Shown here: in pieces, positions 38,401-49,862 of the stretch
Layout of the letters: each line of letters starts with the position of its first letter
Numbering within the stretch: the first letter of the stretch is position 1
Origin: Phoronis australis
Lineage: Eukaryota; Animalia; Phoronida
Reading direction: 5' to 3'
DNA: 64,000 bases
Assembly: GCA_002633005.1 (NCBI GenBank)
Contig: NMRA01000222.1
Location: 525,635 to 589,634 of the forward strand
The notes under the pieces: model-generated
What the model was told of the DNA's origin: nothing
Database searches by the model: none
Seen by the model: only the letters and a program-made list of their open reading frames with translations
Position numbers and translations under genes: made by a program

Positions 38401-41329
38401 CAAATTGTACGAGAAAAAGCGGTACTCCTCAAAAGTTTCTATAGAGAGAGACTTGCCTATATCATTAACCTGGAACAATATGCAAAACAAAGTTGATGCA
38501 AAAGCTAAAATCCCACATCTCAAGTTCCAAAACTGGAAAATATTGTTTTTATAACAAACAGAACAATCAGTGACAGAAAAATGATATGGTAATGTACTCA
38601 ATTCTCTATAAAAATGGCTAACTTTGAAACACAGTATCTCAAAAATAACAGATGAAATTCACTGTATGCTTTCCAAAACACTATTTGGAATAATCAAAAT
38701 GTTTCACTTTTATGAGAAGCAATAAAAAATTAGGACTTTTAACACACGGTCATTTGACCCACCTATCGACCGATTGGTATCAAGTCTAAACTTGTGGGGC
38801 GAAAGGGCTTTACAAGGGAAAACCTCGAACGCTAAAAAGATTGTCACTGGAATCTGAGAAGTCATTTAGTTTGTTCATTTCATCCATGGCTGCTTCAAAA
38901 TGAAGACAATCTTGACCCTTGTAATATTTAAACTATTTCCAAAGTAATAAATAACATGTATTATTTCTTAATTTGTATGAAGCTCAACTAATAATACACA
39001 CTTTATTACCTAGTTTAATGCGTATAGTTATTTATCAACCAGCTTGATATATCATTCTTCACTAAGAAAATGGGAATAAAATCTGACATTTAGACTGCCT
39101 ACCAATTTCAAAGGCAGATCAGACTGTGCTCCTAAGATATTCAACACGGCTGCAAATCCAGACACAGAGATCTGACATTCCATCATAAGCACCCGCAGCA
39201 TCTCCATACACTGAAGCGTGAATGCAACTTGAGGAGATTTTGGAGACGCTGGCCACAAACCATATCGTACAAAAGTATCCACGGCTTCTTCACAGTCACA
39301 AAGAGGGATTTGCCTGGAGTGGTGTCGACCTAAAACATTATTGAAGCAGCAATGATCACATCAGCAATAGGTGAACATGATATGGTAATAGTCTGATACA
39401 GGGATCAGAATAACTGGCATCAAACAGGTTTTCATGATACACGAAAGAAGAAATCATGTTACCAAGCTTTTGTATGTATCAGTCCTTCACTAGCAAAGGC
39501 CTTAGTGCTGAATTGATTAAGGGCTGCCATTGTGTACAGAACCGAGGTGGATATATTAAGCCGGACACCTTCCAAAAGATATTTAAACGGCTGTACATGG
39601 AAAACTTTGGGGAAGACATTAGGTCATTGTCACGTGGATTTATTAACACCAAACAATTCAATGTACCAAGAAATGTTAAAATGTAATACTTGTCTTTTAA
39701 AAACTACTCTTACCACTAATGTCTATGATGGTGACATAAGTGAATCGGATAGTCGTACACCGATGACTTTCAGGAAACTCTTCCAAGGTGCCACCACCCA
39801 ACTCAGCATAAGAAGAATGCTGAAATAAGAATTATTATACAAAAGTCCACTTGAGTTTAAACAGTTCTTCATTTGGTGAGAAGTAATTCGGCTATGTTAA
39901 CAGTCGTAGCAGGTTTTCAATGTGGACATCAGAAAATTCAGGCTTTTTCAATTGCTATCTGTAAATCATCAGTTCTTGTACAAGGCTGCCAACCCATTAA
40001 GCACACTAAAACTGTAACATATAGTATGTTAAAAATCCATAATGTGCAAGTGAAAATGGGTGAGTAGTGATTTCTAGGAAATAAATATGTGGATTACGGA
40101 AAACTACGCAACATTTGGCAGCCCTAATTTTAACAAAATGCACAGTGACAGAGATGACTTCACTGAATGGTTTCCTATGACGTGTGTAATTGTTCAAATT
40201 AGGTTACTGATAATTTAACAAATTTGTTCAACAAACACTAACTTACTACTTAAGGTCACGGATCACAAATATAATAAAACTCACAAGCCTGCCACAGATT
40301 TCGCTCCCCATATAAAAAACACTATCAATTAACTGTTGAATATCACTAGAAACCCCACTATGGAGATATATTTTGTTATTCGCGGGACAACCTTAACAAA
40401 ACTATGATGCTCAAAACTAGAAATTTTATTGTGTTTAAAGCAGTTTCTACTTTTAACTGATTGAAATTTTTATACATGTGTACATACACACTCGGGCACA
40501 CATATGTATACATTACCTGCGACACCCAGCGTAAAGGTGCATGGAGGACCTGATATTCATGAACTTCGTCGCTACATTTCAAACAAAAGTAAGATGTGTA
40601 GGAGCAATCTTTACACCATATGATATCAGTAACCTCCTTCTTGCACTTTATGCAGGTAGATGACAACGGTACATTTGTAACCTTTGTGTACATATTGCAC
40701 ATTATGTTTCTGACATCTGACCATGCTTGCTGTAGCCTTGCACATGATTGTTGGTATGATGTTGTCATCAAGTTTTCTGTAAGAAGGATGATTGTAAATT
40801 TCATAGAGCAGCACATGCCCTGTAAGAACAAAAGAAAAGTAAAATAAAATCAAAGTTTGTTTGACAACAGTTTTTCTATCAATATGAAACATAGTTGCCA
40901 TCATCTGATGACCTCAAAGCAGGACAGTGTGTTGAGAATTTTTTATTTTTCAACAAACCTCTCACAATCGTAAATTTTATAACACAGGACACAGCTCAAA
41001 CTAAATAAAGATAAACCCTGTAACAGTGAAACTGTCCAGCTCAAACTAAGTCGCTTGGCAAGCATGAAAAAAATATATTGGCATCATTTTCCAAGTGCAT
41101 TGTGGCACTCATGGTGTTTCCTGCTTACCATTGGTAAGTAATATGGTGGATGAGACTGTCTCTACACCAACCATTGGGGGATGTGATTCCTCCACGGGAC
41201 CTCGACTTCTGGTTTTGGCAGGAGTAGGAGAAATTCTCAGGGTGACTTTTCGCATCTTTCCATTACTCTGAGGTCTGCGCACTTTAAAACAAGGTTTTTT
41301 TTCCTTTTTCTTAACATCTTACATAGATT
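35414..41329 (-). pseudogene. Multi-exon CxC-domain + KDZ transposase (premature stops)
   Basis: Exons 41329-41129, 40776-40517, 39329-39103, 38469-38338, 38120-37947, 37473-37337, 36943-36841, 35879-35796, 35594-35414. Motifs CIKC…CKDC…FCLKC…H…H…W, CDC…GLWPASPKSPQVAF, CPVCP, IDANF, GSVCRH…HGE, YDIAC, HAHGHKAACQ, GLTDGEAIERVWS. In-frame TGA at 38040-38042 and a TAA in the 41329-41129 exon. Confidence 0.88.
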
Positions 41330-44300
41330 CTGAAAAACAATTCCACAGAGTAAGCACACACTAGGCCATAAAGATTAATTTAAACATCTCTCAAACATAA
41401 TTCACACTACACCATTCTTTAGACACTTATGTTCTTTCCAAAATATACACCATTGTCCTCAGCATGAAAGGGACACAACCATGCCTTAATTGTCCAGGAG
41501 CTGCATAGGGGTGAGTTAATTGGTACTTCAAAGGATCTTTAGTCTGAAACAAAAGGGAATTCTTTTTTTCTGATGTACTCTAAAAGCGCCTGCAACTCAC
41601 AGCAGTGGGCATTCTCTTAAATTGCTGGCATCAGTCGAGTAGACTGAAAAACACCCACTATTCAGTGAAAAAATGGTCCTGCAATAAAAATCACAAACAA
41701 GAAAATTCAATGTTTATTGAAATTTTCAAGCCAAGTATTTGTTAAAGACATGGACGAACCTCTCAAGGTGTCCCTCTACGAAAGAAAGATATCAAATACA
41801 ATGTCTATTTGCTTAAGTGCTTCCATGAATGCGGCATATGTCAGAATGTGATGTGCAGTGCCATTTGGCAAAAAGAGAAAGGTGCTTCATGGTACCCTTA
41901 TTAGTTTTTCTCATTTTCTAACAGTCAGAGTTAAAGAGAGCAAGAGAAATTATAATGTATAAGGTGGACACAAAAAGTAGACAGTTACCACCTTCTGAAC
42001 TCGGGGCCAGCACAATAAGCTCTAGTACAGCTTTGCGCCGAAGCGGGTAAAAAAACTGACCAGAAAAAATATATATGACACAAAATTAGTGTCATCAAAA
42101 ATTTTTGCACTTATTTGAGTAAATAAAATTATTTCCTGGTTTTGGAAAAATTGGTGTTCTACCATTATTCTGCTGTTAACGTTGTGGAGGGATTTTCTGT
42201 GTCGGCTTTCGGCGCCATGAAATATTGTGCTACCTATTGGCCAGCTTCTTTTGCGGCGATTCTGCAATCAACTGTTGTTCTTTTATGAGGTTATGTACAC
42301 GTCACCACAAACTGGTTTCACACCATTTTAAGTTTTTAGAATTTTGATACCAGCAAACCCAATTCCAGAAGAAATTTAGCTGCTGCCAAGCTATCATTAT
42401 CTCCCAAGAGATGTCGCAAATAATTAGGAAATGGCGCGTGTGCATGTCACAAGGGTATTGCTTTCAAAATGAGGACATAACTTTTCTTTGTTAGAAAAGG
42501 TGGAGGATTATGAAAGAAAATGATGTTTATTAGATTGTTTTCCACTTAAACATCTGCAACAGGCAAGGCGAGTGTCAGTTGATTCCCAGATTTTTCATGC
42601 AGCCCATCTGGTCTTTAGCTCTACATGTTGATACAGCGGTTTCACGATGAGGTACTACCCTGCCTGTGAGAAATTTCGAGGTCTATGGCACCTAGCTGTA
42701 TTTTGATGATAGCCTTCATACAGCTAGCTGGCTGGCTAAATGAGCTGCTGGCCATGAATCAGAAGTAAATTATCCCTCACGAACTGACTAAACCATCAAA
42801 ATCACACTGCAATCAATACCTTTGCGTAGAGGGAGACCTCAGGTGGCCTGGGTGAGGATTTTTTTCCACTAGCTCTATTCATTTGTCAATGGTCCCATAT
42901 TGTCCACCTACAAGAGGAGCGACTGTGGCGGCCAAGTTTCACACGACATGAGTATTGACCTAAATGTGACTCAAAATTTACATGTGCAGATAAGCGATCA
43001 AAACAGAAATGGCTCAGACTCAGTGCCCGATTTTCAGGTGTTGAAGGACTATGCGGGAACATTTGTTTGAGTTGTTGAAAGGATTTAAGTCTCCAACTAT
43101 CTCCAAATGTGTCCATCTACATCTGAGGTAATTTAATTACGATAATTTGGCCAGAGTTAAGGATAATTTGCAGGACATCTTCCGGCCTACGTCAGAGGCA
43201 GAGAGCTCAGGCTACATTTGGGGTGCTGTTGCCTACGCCTACAGCAACGGTAAAAATTGAGTAAACGTGCCATTACACATTGAAAACTAGCTATTTTAGA
43301 GAGGGTATCTATTCAATCGACTTCTACCGGCGCTTACTAGTCCTACAAGTAGCATACGTGGCACTAGTACCTAGGTATCGTTTCTGGACAGACCTTCGGT
43401 AACAATGGAGTGGGTGGCTTACTTGGAGTTGGCCTCCATAACAACTTTGAACACAGCTCATGATAAGGAATTGTTAAGGAATTTAATCAAAATATTCTTC
43501 CCAACTCAAAACTTACATCTTTTCCCTCCATTTTACAAGTTTCTGGGGTCCACACAAAGCCGAAGAATTACCACACTGCATACGAGCTTCTTGAAAATGG
43601 CGGTCCGAGAAAGTCACGCGGGAAACCTCGAGACATCGTGAAGGCAGTCACGACTGTCGAACCTCGGTCACCGTTTGGCTATAAGGCTCTAACGGTTAAG
43701 CACATGCTACAAATTTATAAAATTCGCAGGTCTGAAAGCCGTAACGGCAACATTTTCCGTTACGGCTTAGACCTTGTTACGGAGTATGGATCGGGTGCCA
43801 CGACTGCATATCTCGTGAAATTTTCATCGAAATTTGCCGGTTTTCGTGTCCTCATTGCTCAGTCTTCCGATGACTCAATTTGCTCGTAAACACATCAACA
43901 GAAAGGTCAAACTCTGCTCATTATGCATGTAGTAAGCTCTTTGTGTTTTTCGTCCAATCATTAGTCGTTATTTCACTTTTTGCATTCGGGGTATTTTCAA
44001 CAGAAGTGTCACTCACCAGTCTTTTAGCTAGCAACGACCTTTTAACCCAATGCATCGCTGACCTCATTCGCTAGAACTAGTTAAGTGGGTGTGAAACTGT
44101 GGGGTCGCGAGGTCACGGCATGTTTTCAAGACAGTAAGATGGCTGGTCGCCGTGTAGCTGATATCTCAGTGATTAACTCTTGGACTGCCGTATCAAGATC
44201 AGCGAGAATTAACTGAACTCATCAAAGAGCACATTTGTAGATTGAGACAAGGAGGAATTTCGTGACAGCGACGAGTCGTCTGACGACAGCAAATCGTCGC

Positions 44301-44991
44301 CAGATGAGTTTAATGATCGACCCATTGCGAATACAGTTACGTTGGATTCCAAGTCGTTGGTTATGGAACAAACAGAACTTGAAGAAAACAGTCCGGATTA
44401 GCTTAATCGCACAACAATGTCTTGTATCTGCAAAGCCAGTGGATCGGGGTGCAAGCAGCTGAATATTACTGCAAGAGAGAACAATCTTCGATAGGGCTGA
44501 ATCACTCGGTGAGAAGTCGAAGAAATGGTTGCTCTTCAGTCAGTGTCAGTGGACTTGGATAGGGATGACTGATTGTCATTTTTCTCAAAATTATTCAAAC
44601 TAGCGTAAAATTTTGAATTATTTTGAACAAAAATCAACCAGAAACGTGTATTTTGTAATCTACAGGACTTCATTTTATTAAACTTCTACAAAATACACTT
44701 AACTACTTGTTTTACTTGCGGTAACCCCTCCTGCCACAAGTGGACTGANNNNNNNNNNNNNNNNNNNNNNNNNNNNNNNNNNNNNNNNNNNNNNNNNNNN
44801 NNNNNNNNNNNNNNNNNNNNNNNNNNNNNNNNNNNNNNNNNNNNNNNNNNNNNNNNNNNNNNNNNNNNNNNNNNNNNNNNNNNNNNNNNNNNNNNNNNNN
44901 NNNNNNNNNNNNNNNNNNNNNNNNNNNNNNNNNNNNNNNNNNNNNNNNNNNNNNNNNNNNNNNNNNNNNNNNNNNNNNNNNNNNNNNNNNN

Positions 44992-45448
44992 ACATTTTTT
45001 ACCCATATCGGCTTAAACCTGTAGGCCTATATCTAGTATACACTGAGCTTTGGGCCAAGGCTTGGGTAACCCGGCGATGGTATGCGATGACCATCCCTTT
45101 AGAAGACGCCTTTTTCGAAGAGTTTGAGCAACCAGGTGCCATACAAAAAGGCATAGCGAACCTTTTACAGCACTGTGGCAAACAATAAAAAAATAAGGAC
45201 GATTGATACAATGATAAATTACGATGTAAACTCTTCAAATATGACATAAGCAATGAATGTGCAAAGCAGCCGATACCCCGCCGTTCACGTCACTGACACA
45301 TCAGCCAATCAGCGATGGCTTTCAGAATTCAGTGTTTTGACCATGAATAAGAATTGGCTTTTGTTTGGCACGCAAGTCAGGCAAATGTGAGTTTTATTTG
45401 TATGTTAGAACCGATTAACTGCAACATTATTTTGACTACAGTCCCCTT
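44992..45448 (-). mobile_element. Kolobok-like element end with THAP N-terminus, cut by an assembly gap
   Basis: TTAA + AAGGGGACTGTAGTC terminus (45449-45452); MPFCMAPGCSNS…YH starting at 45154. Confidence 0.55.
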
Positions 45449-46009
45449 TTAAGGTGGGAAATTTATTGACCCAGTTGCAGCAACCCAACATGAATATCAC
45501 TCCTTTTTGGCTGAGATTACATAATAAGGTCTATATTCTCTCTAATTTTTTATTAGTTTTATTTGTTTATGTTGTTGTGCATACTAATAAGTCTGAAATG
45601 TAGCATTCAACTGCAGTTTGCTATGGAAATTTTAAAGACACTATCGTCACTTTTTGTCGGCCATTTTCCTTGACTTTTGAAAGCTCTAAATTTTCGCTTT
45701 CCCCGACTAGAATTGGCAATAACTCGGTCATTTGTGAAGATAGGGACATGTTTCGTACCTCAAAATGATCAGAAAATACTGTATTTTCAGAAAATATAAC
45801 AATTAAAAAAATGTCAAATCCCGATTAAGACTCATTTTGTGGTGGTGGGTCACAACTGCTCTCAATCACTATTCTTAGTCTGCAGTCCACTACTCCACTA
45901 AAAACACGGAAATGCACTTTGGACCATGTTGTGTATAGAAATTCAGGTCATTCTTGAGCCAGCATATGAGCAGCCGTTTATGCAAAGAACGTCAAATTGT
46001 ACATTCAAT

Positions 46010-47154
46010 AGTCCTTTTGCGTGTTTATAACAATAACGCGAGATAACGTGAGACTTAACTGTGACGTCACGGGAAGTGGGGCAAAAGCTTGTCGTTTGGC
46101 TCATTTGCCCAATACGTTAGCAGAGTGTATTCTGTTATTTTCTTCCACTTTTTGGCCGTTTAGTTCGAAAAATGCCAAACAAGCATTGCTGTTATGGCAA
46201 ATGAAATTCAGATTCGCACTACAATACGTTGTATAGCGTTTTGTGCTAATTTCGTTTCTTGTATTTTAAACGGGCGATAGGCGAAATCCGCTCACTGATT
46301 AAGTTTTCACCACGTCAAAAATACATTCTACATCTACAATTATCACCTAAAAAGGCACTTACTTTCTCTAGCGGTCCTTTCTGCTTCTAAACATATCTTC
46401 GATGAAGCATAGCTACGGGAATTCAGGTGACTTTTGGCGAAGAATTTCAACTCCACATTGTGGTTACTGTTAACTTGAACCGCGCGCGCGATAAGCACAA
46501 AGTACAATGTAGTTCAACTGGTCAGGTGAGTATGAGGCAAAGGCCAGCGCGAGACTGAGTGAAGCGCGAGACCTGGCGCGTGACACTTGCAAAATAACAT
46601 GAGAACATATCAAGTGAATTTGTAAGATTTGTGTTCCTTGGACTTATTGTTTGTGATTTCACGTAACTTTCTCAAAATGGCGCCCTGTGAGTGACACTAG
46701 AGCGAACCGCGAGGTTTTCATGGATAGGTTCAAGTTATTTGTAGCCTAAATTGTATCCAGAGTCAGGGCATGTGTTAATTAATTGTAACTCCATGTACGC
46801 ATATACATGTTTCATTTGATTTTATTTGCTGTATTTTGAAGTGGGGGGATAAACTATCGCCCCTGTATGCCTGCGGCATTCAGGCCTAGACTAGGTTGAG
46901 TTCCAATTTCAATCCGTTCACAGCTTCGCACAACATAACAAGTTCACATTTTCTTCGTCCATTCACAGTTATTCCACGATCCATCTTCCATCTTTTAAGT
47001 TGTGTTAGCGTTTTAAGCGTAAAATTCACCATAAGAACTCCAGTAAAATTTAGCGTGTGTAGCAAAGACTAGGGGCCAAACAAGAGCAAGATGGCGGGTT
47101 TTGCCCCTTTTCCTGTGACGTCACATTGACTAACGAGGAACTCGCAAGTGAGCT
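46010..47154. mobile_element. AT-flanked MITE (ISL2EU/Harbinger-like)
   Basis: AAT|AG…CT|ATT ends; subterminal inverted TGTGACGTCAC.GGAA..GGGGCAAAA (46060-46086 / 47099-47125). Confidence 0.55.
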
Positions 47155-48723
47155 ATTCCATATAATGAACTCAATGCCATCTGCACGACAATTCAATCCT
47201 ATCTTGTGCATTCCATGCTAATACATCAATTCAATCCACACTCGTCGAACGGGAAACGATCGTGATAGAAGCTCAGGGGTTGCAGGTACCATAAATTTGA
47301 CACACTTTTATCAGCGATTACAATAGTTCATTACCCACTCGGCTGTGGGGGCAAAAAGGCAGGATAATTACGCCTGGTTTGGCAATGGAACTACTTTTAA
47401 GTGAATGGTGAGATGCCTTGAACGTAAACACGACTTTCATACATGAAAATGTTTTCAGCGGCCAAATTTACGATTCATTAACACCACGCGACATTAAGTT
47501 TATACAGTACAGCACATTTTCGACGAGTCTGTTTAGTTAACCCAATATCTACAGCATTATAAGGTTGAGGAAAAGCACAGTTGAGTCGCATTATAACGTA
47601 CCTGCTCTTAATTTCGTTCGATCCCTCCAATATTTTTTCTACAATTAGTTCATAACGAACACGGATACAGAACTTGTAACTCGTGCGTGTTTCATGTGGA
47701 TGATTTAATCAGCAAGTAAGTACATGTATGTCGCGGTCGAACTGCCGTTCAGCATTTATCGTAATGTTTTGGTCTTGAAAAGTTCACGATATTTCCCGAG
47801 CAAAATAGATGGAATTTTGAAACAAAAAGTTTTGGTAAATTTTCAACAATTTCAGTGTCATTTTTCGTCCAACATCCTTCCAGATATTGGCCAAGACTTC
47901 CGCCAAAAACCGTTAACTTTAACTTGCAATTAGCGTCAGTTTTCGTCCAATATTCATCGGGATTTTTACTTTACTACAAAAATGTATGTGCTTGAACACG
48001 GTCACCCGCAGCTCTCATTCTGAAACGGCAAAAAATGACGAAACTACATGTACAGCTCACACATGTGCTCACGGCACCCACGAGAACGGATTACTTAGAA
48101 TACGATGGCACTGCGCAAATTAGTCCGTTGCGGATTCATAAATTCGTGAATTTCGTTACTTTTTCAGGAATTTTTACTCAGATTGACTGATATTCCACAC
48201 TAATTTATGTGTTTTTTGTTTGAAATTATATGTGTAAATTAAATTCTTAACGGATATAAAATTCAAAACAAAGGAAACCTTTTACCGCGTAGTAATACTA
48301 ACAGTTACTTCCTACTCTGCTGATCTGACCGAAGCGACCTGAGCTAAAACTTATTTACGGAGAGAGCACGTACTGTACGGAGGTCAAAATCTTATAAAGA
48401 TTTCGAATCTGATCTATTAGTTTAAATCCATCTGAAGAGCGGAAAAGAGAAAACAGACGTGTTGTTACGTTAGGCAGCTGTTATCTTAACGCCATCAGCA
48501 AATGTGTATTAGCGTGAAATCGCATGTTACCGGCCAAAGGCATGTGGTTTACTCAGGAATTTCGACCGACCCTAAAACAAAGGGAGGATTTTCGGGCCGG
48601 TTTATCCGATGACCAAAATACCCTACGTTATGTCCATATCGTGATTGTAATGCTGTTTTGTTTATTCTAACCTGTTTTGTGAATTCAATGCTGTTTAATC
48701 AATTCTGTTTCGTCTATCCTACA

Positions 48724-48867
48724 CATGGGCGGCGCACAACAGGGGGCTGGGTGGGGGGCTATAGCCCCTTTTTTCAGTGCTGCGCCGCCCATGGTCTATA
48801 GGCGGCGCACCCCAGAGGGGCTGAGGGGCTTCAGCCCCTACTTCTTTTCTTTGCTGCGCCGCCCATG
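48724..48867. repeat. Tandem pair of ~70-bp palindromic mini-MITEs (CATGGGCGGCGCA…TGCGCCGCCCATG)
   Basis: Two adjacent hairpin units, each with an internal GGGGCT.AGCCCC palindrome. Confidence 0.7.
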
Positions 48868-49862
48868 CAGTATTGCGAATTCAATCTCGTTTCAGAAATT
48901 CAATCCAGTTTTGTCGATTCTGTTTCGTCAATCCTGCCGGTCGGAGGGCACTGGCCGGTCTCGTAGTTGACATAGTTGTAGCATCCCCAGAAATAGTAAA
49001 TATATAAACGCTGAGGTTGGCCAGTAATGAAATATATCACTAGAGCACTAGAAACCTGTGGTTCGATTCCCAGTTGGGGTTCCTGAATTTTCTGTGTTTA
49101 TTTGATTCCCACAAATGTGTAATATCCAGTTCTGCGCATGCGCCAACTCCATACATGGGAAGGCCTTTTCCATGAATTCCAATTCAGGGGAAATACACGC
49201 GCAACTTGCCTGTAGCTACTAACCTTTTGTGAGTATTAAGGTTTGTTCCTGCCAAATATCAAGTGAATTGGTGAAACATTTTTCATGTCCCCTGATGTTT
49301 GAAGCTAAACTCTACTCAATCAATGCAAATCCCTCACCAGACAGCGGAAATTGGGCATATTCTCATTTTGAATGGATCTGTACAGAAAACTCAGTTTAGT
49401 TAGAAAATTTGCTTATAGAGTAGCTGTTTTGCTACATTGTCTACTATCGGCGAATGTTAAGTAATTTTATCGAAAATTTCCACGTCTCTTCGTCGTTTTA
49501 TTCGTCTCGCAGATCATAATGTCAACACGGGTGCCATGGATGACCACTGGTGGTGTTGTGTGGCGAACAAAGGCTAGTAATGTTAAAAAAACTTACCTGC
49601 GTGAAGGAATTTCCTTCGTGGTTTGTAAACAAACACTAGCGCGGTGTTTCTCACTGATAAATTTGATTACTTTTCAAGAGAATAATGCTGATTCTAGTGT
49701 CATTCAAAAGGTGAAATGTGACTGAATGTGAGATAGGACTGAATTATGAAGAAAACAGAGTAGTGAACCAGGCGTATCAAAATAGATTACTTACAGCTTG
49801 CTATATGTTAACCCCTGGGGTCACTCATATTGACAAGGTGCCCGCAGGTGTGTACCAAAAAT

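Larger units (their letters stand above)
33390..43797 (-). mobile_element. KDZ (Kyakuja-Dileera-Zisupton) DNA transposon, 10.4 kb
   Basis: TIRs CACCCGATCCATACTCCGTAACAAGGTCTAAGCCGTAACGG… (33390-33505 vs ~43668-43797); 7-bp TSD CCACGAC (33383-33389 / 43798-43804); spliced CxC+KDZ transposase inside. Confidence 0.9.
33177..45854. mobile_element. Outer TIR element (TGTGACCCACCACCACAAAATGAGTCTTAA termini) hosting nested insertions
   Basis: ~30-bp inverted repeats at 33177-33206 and ~45825-45854; degenerate acidic and Cys-containing coding remnant at ~44140-44550; no clear TSD. Confidence 0.75.

Noticed and set aside
44686-45006. Poly-X ORFs here and at 60484-61350
   Set aside because: Artefacts of N gaps
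49005-49100. tRNA gene (B-box GGTTCGATTCC)
   Set aside because: No cloverleaf or acceptor stem can be formed; at most a SINE head fragment
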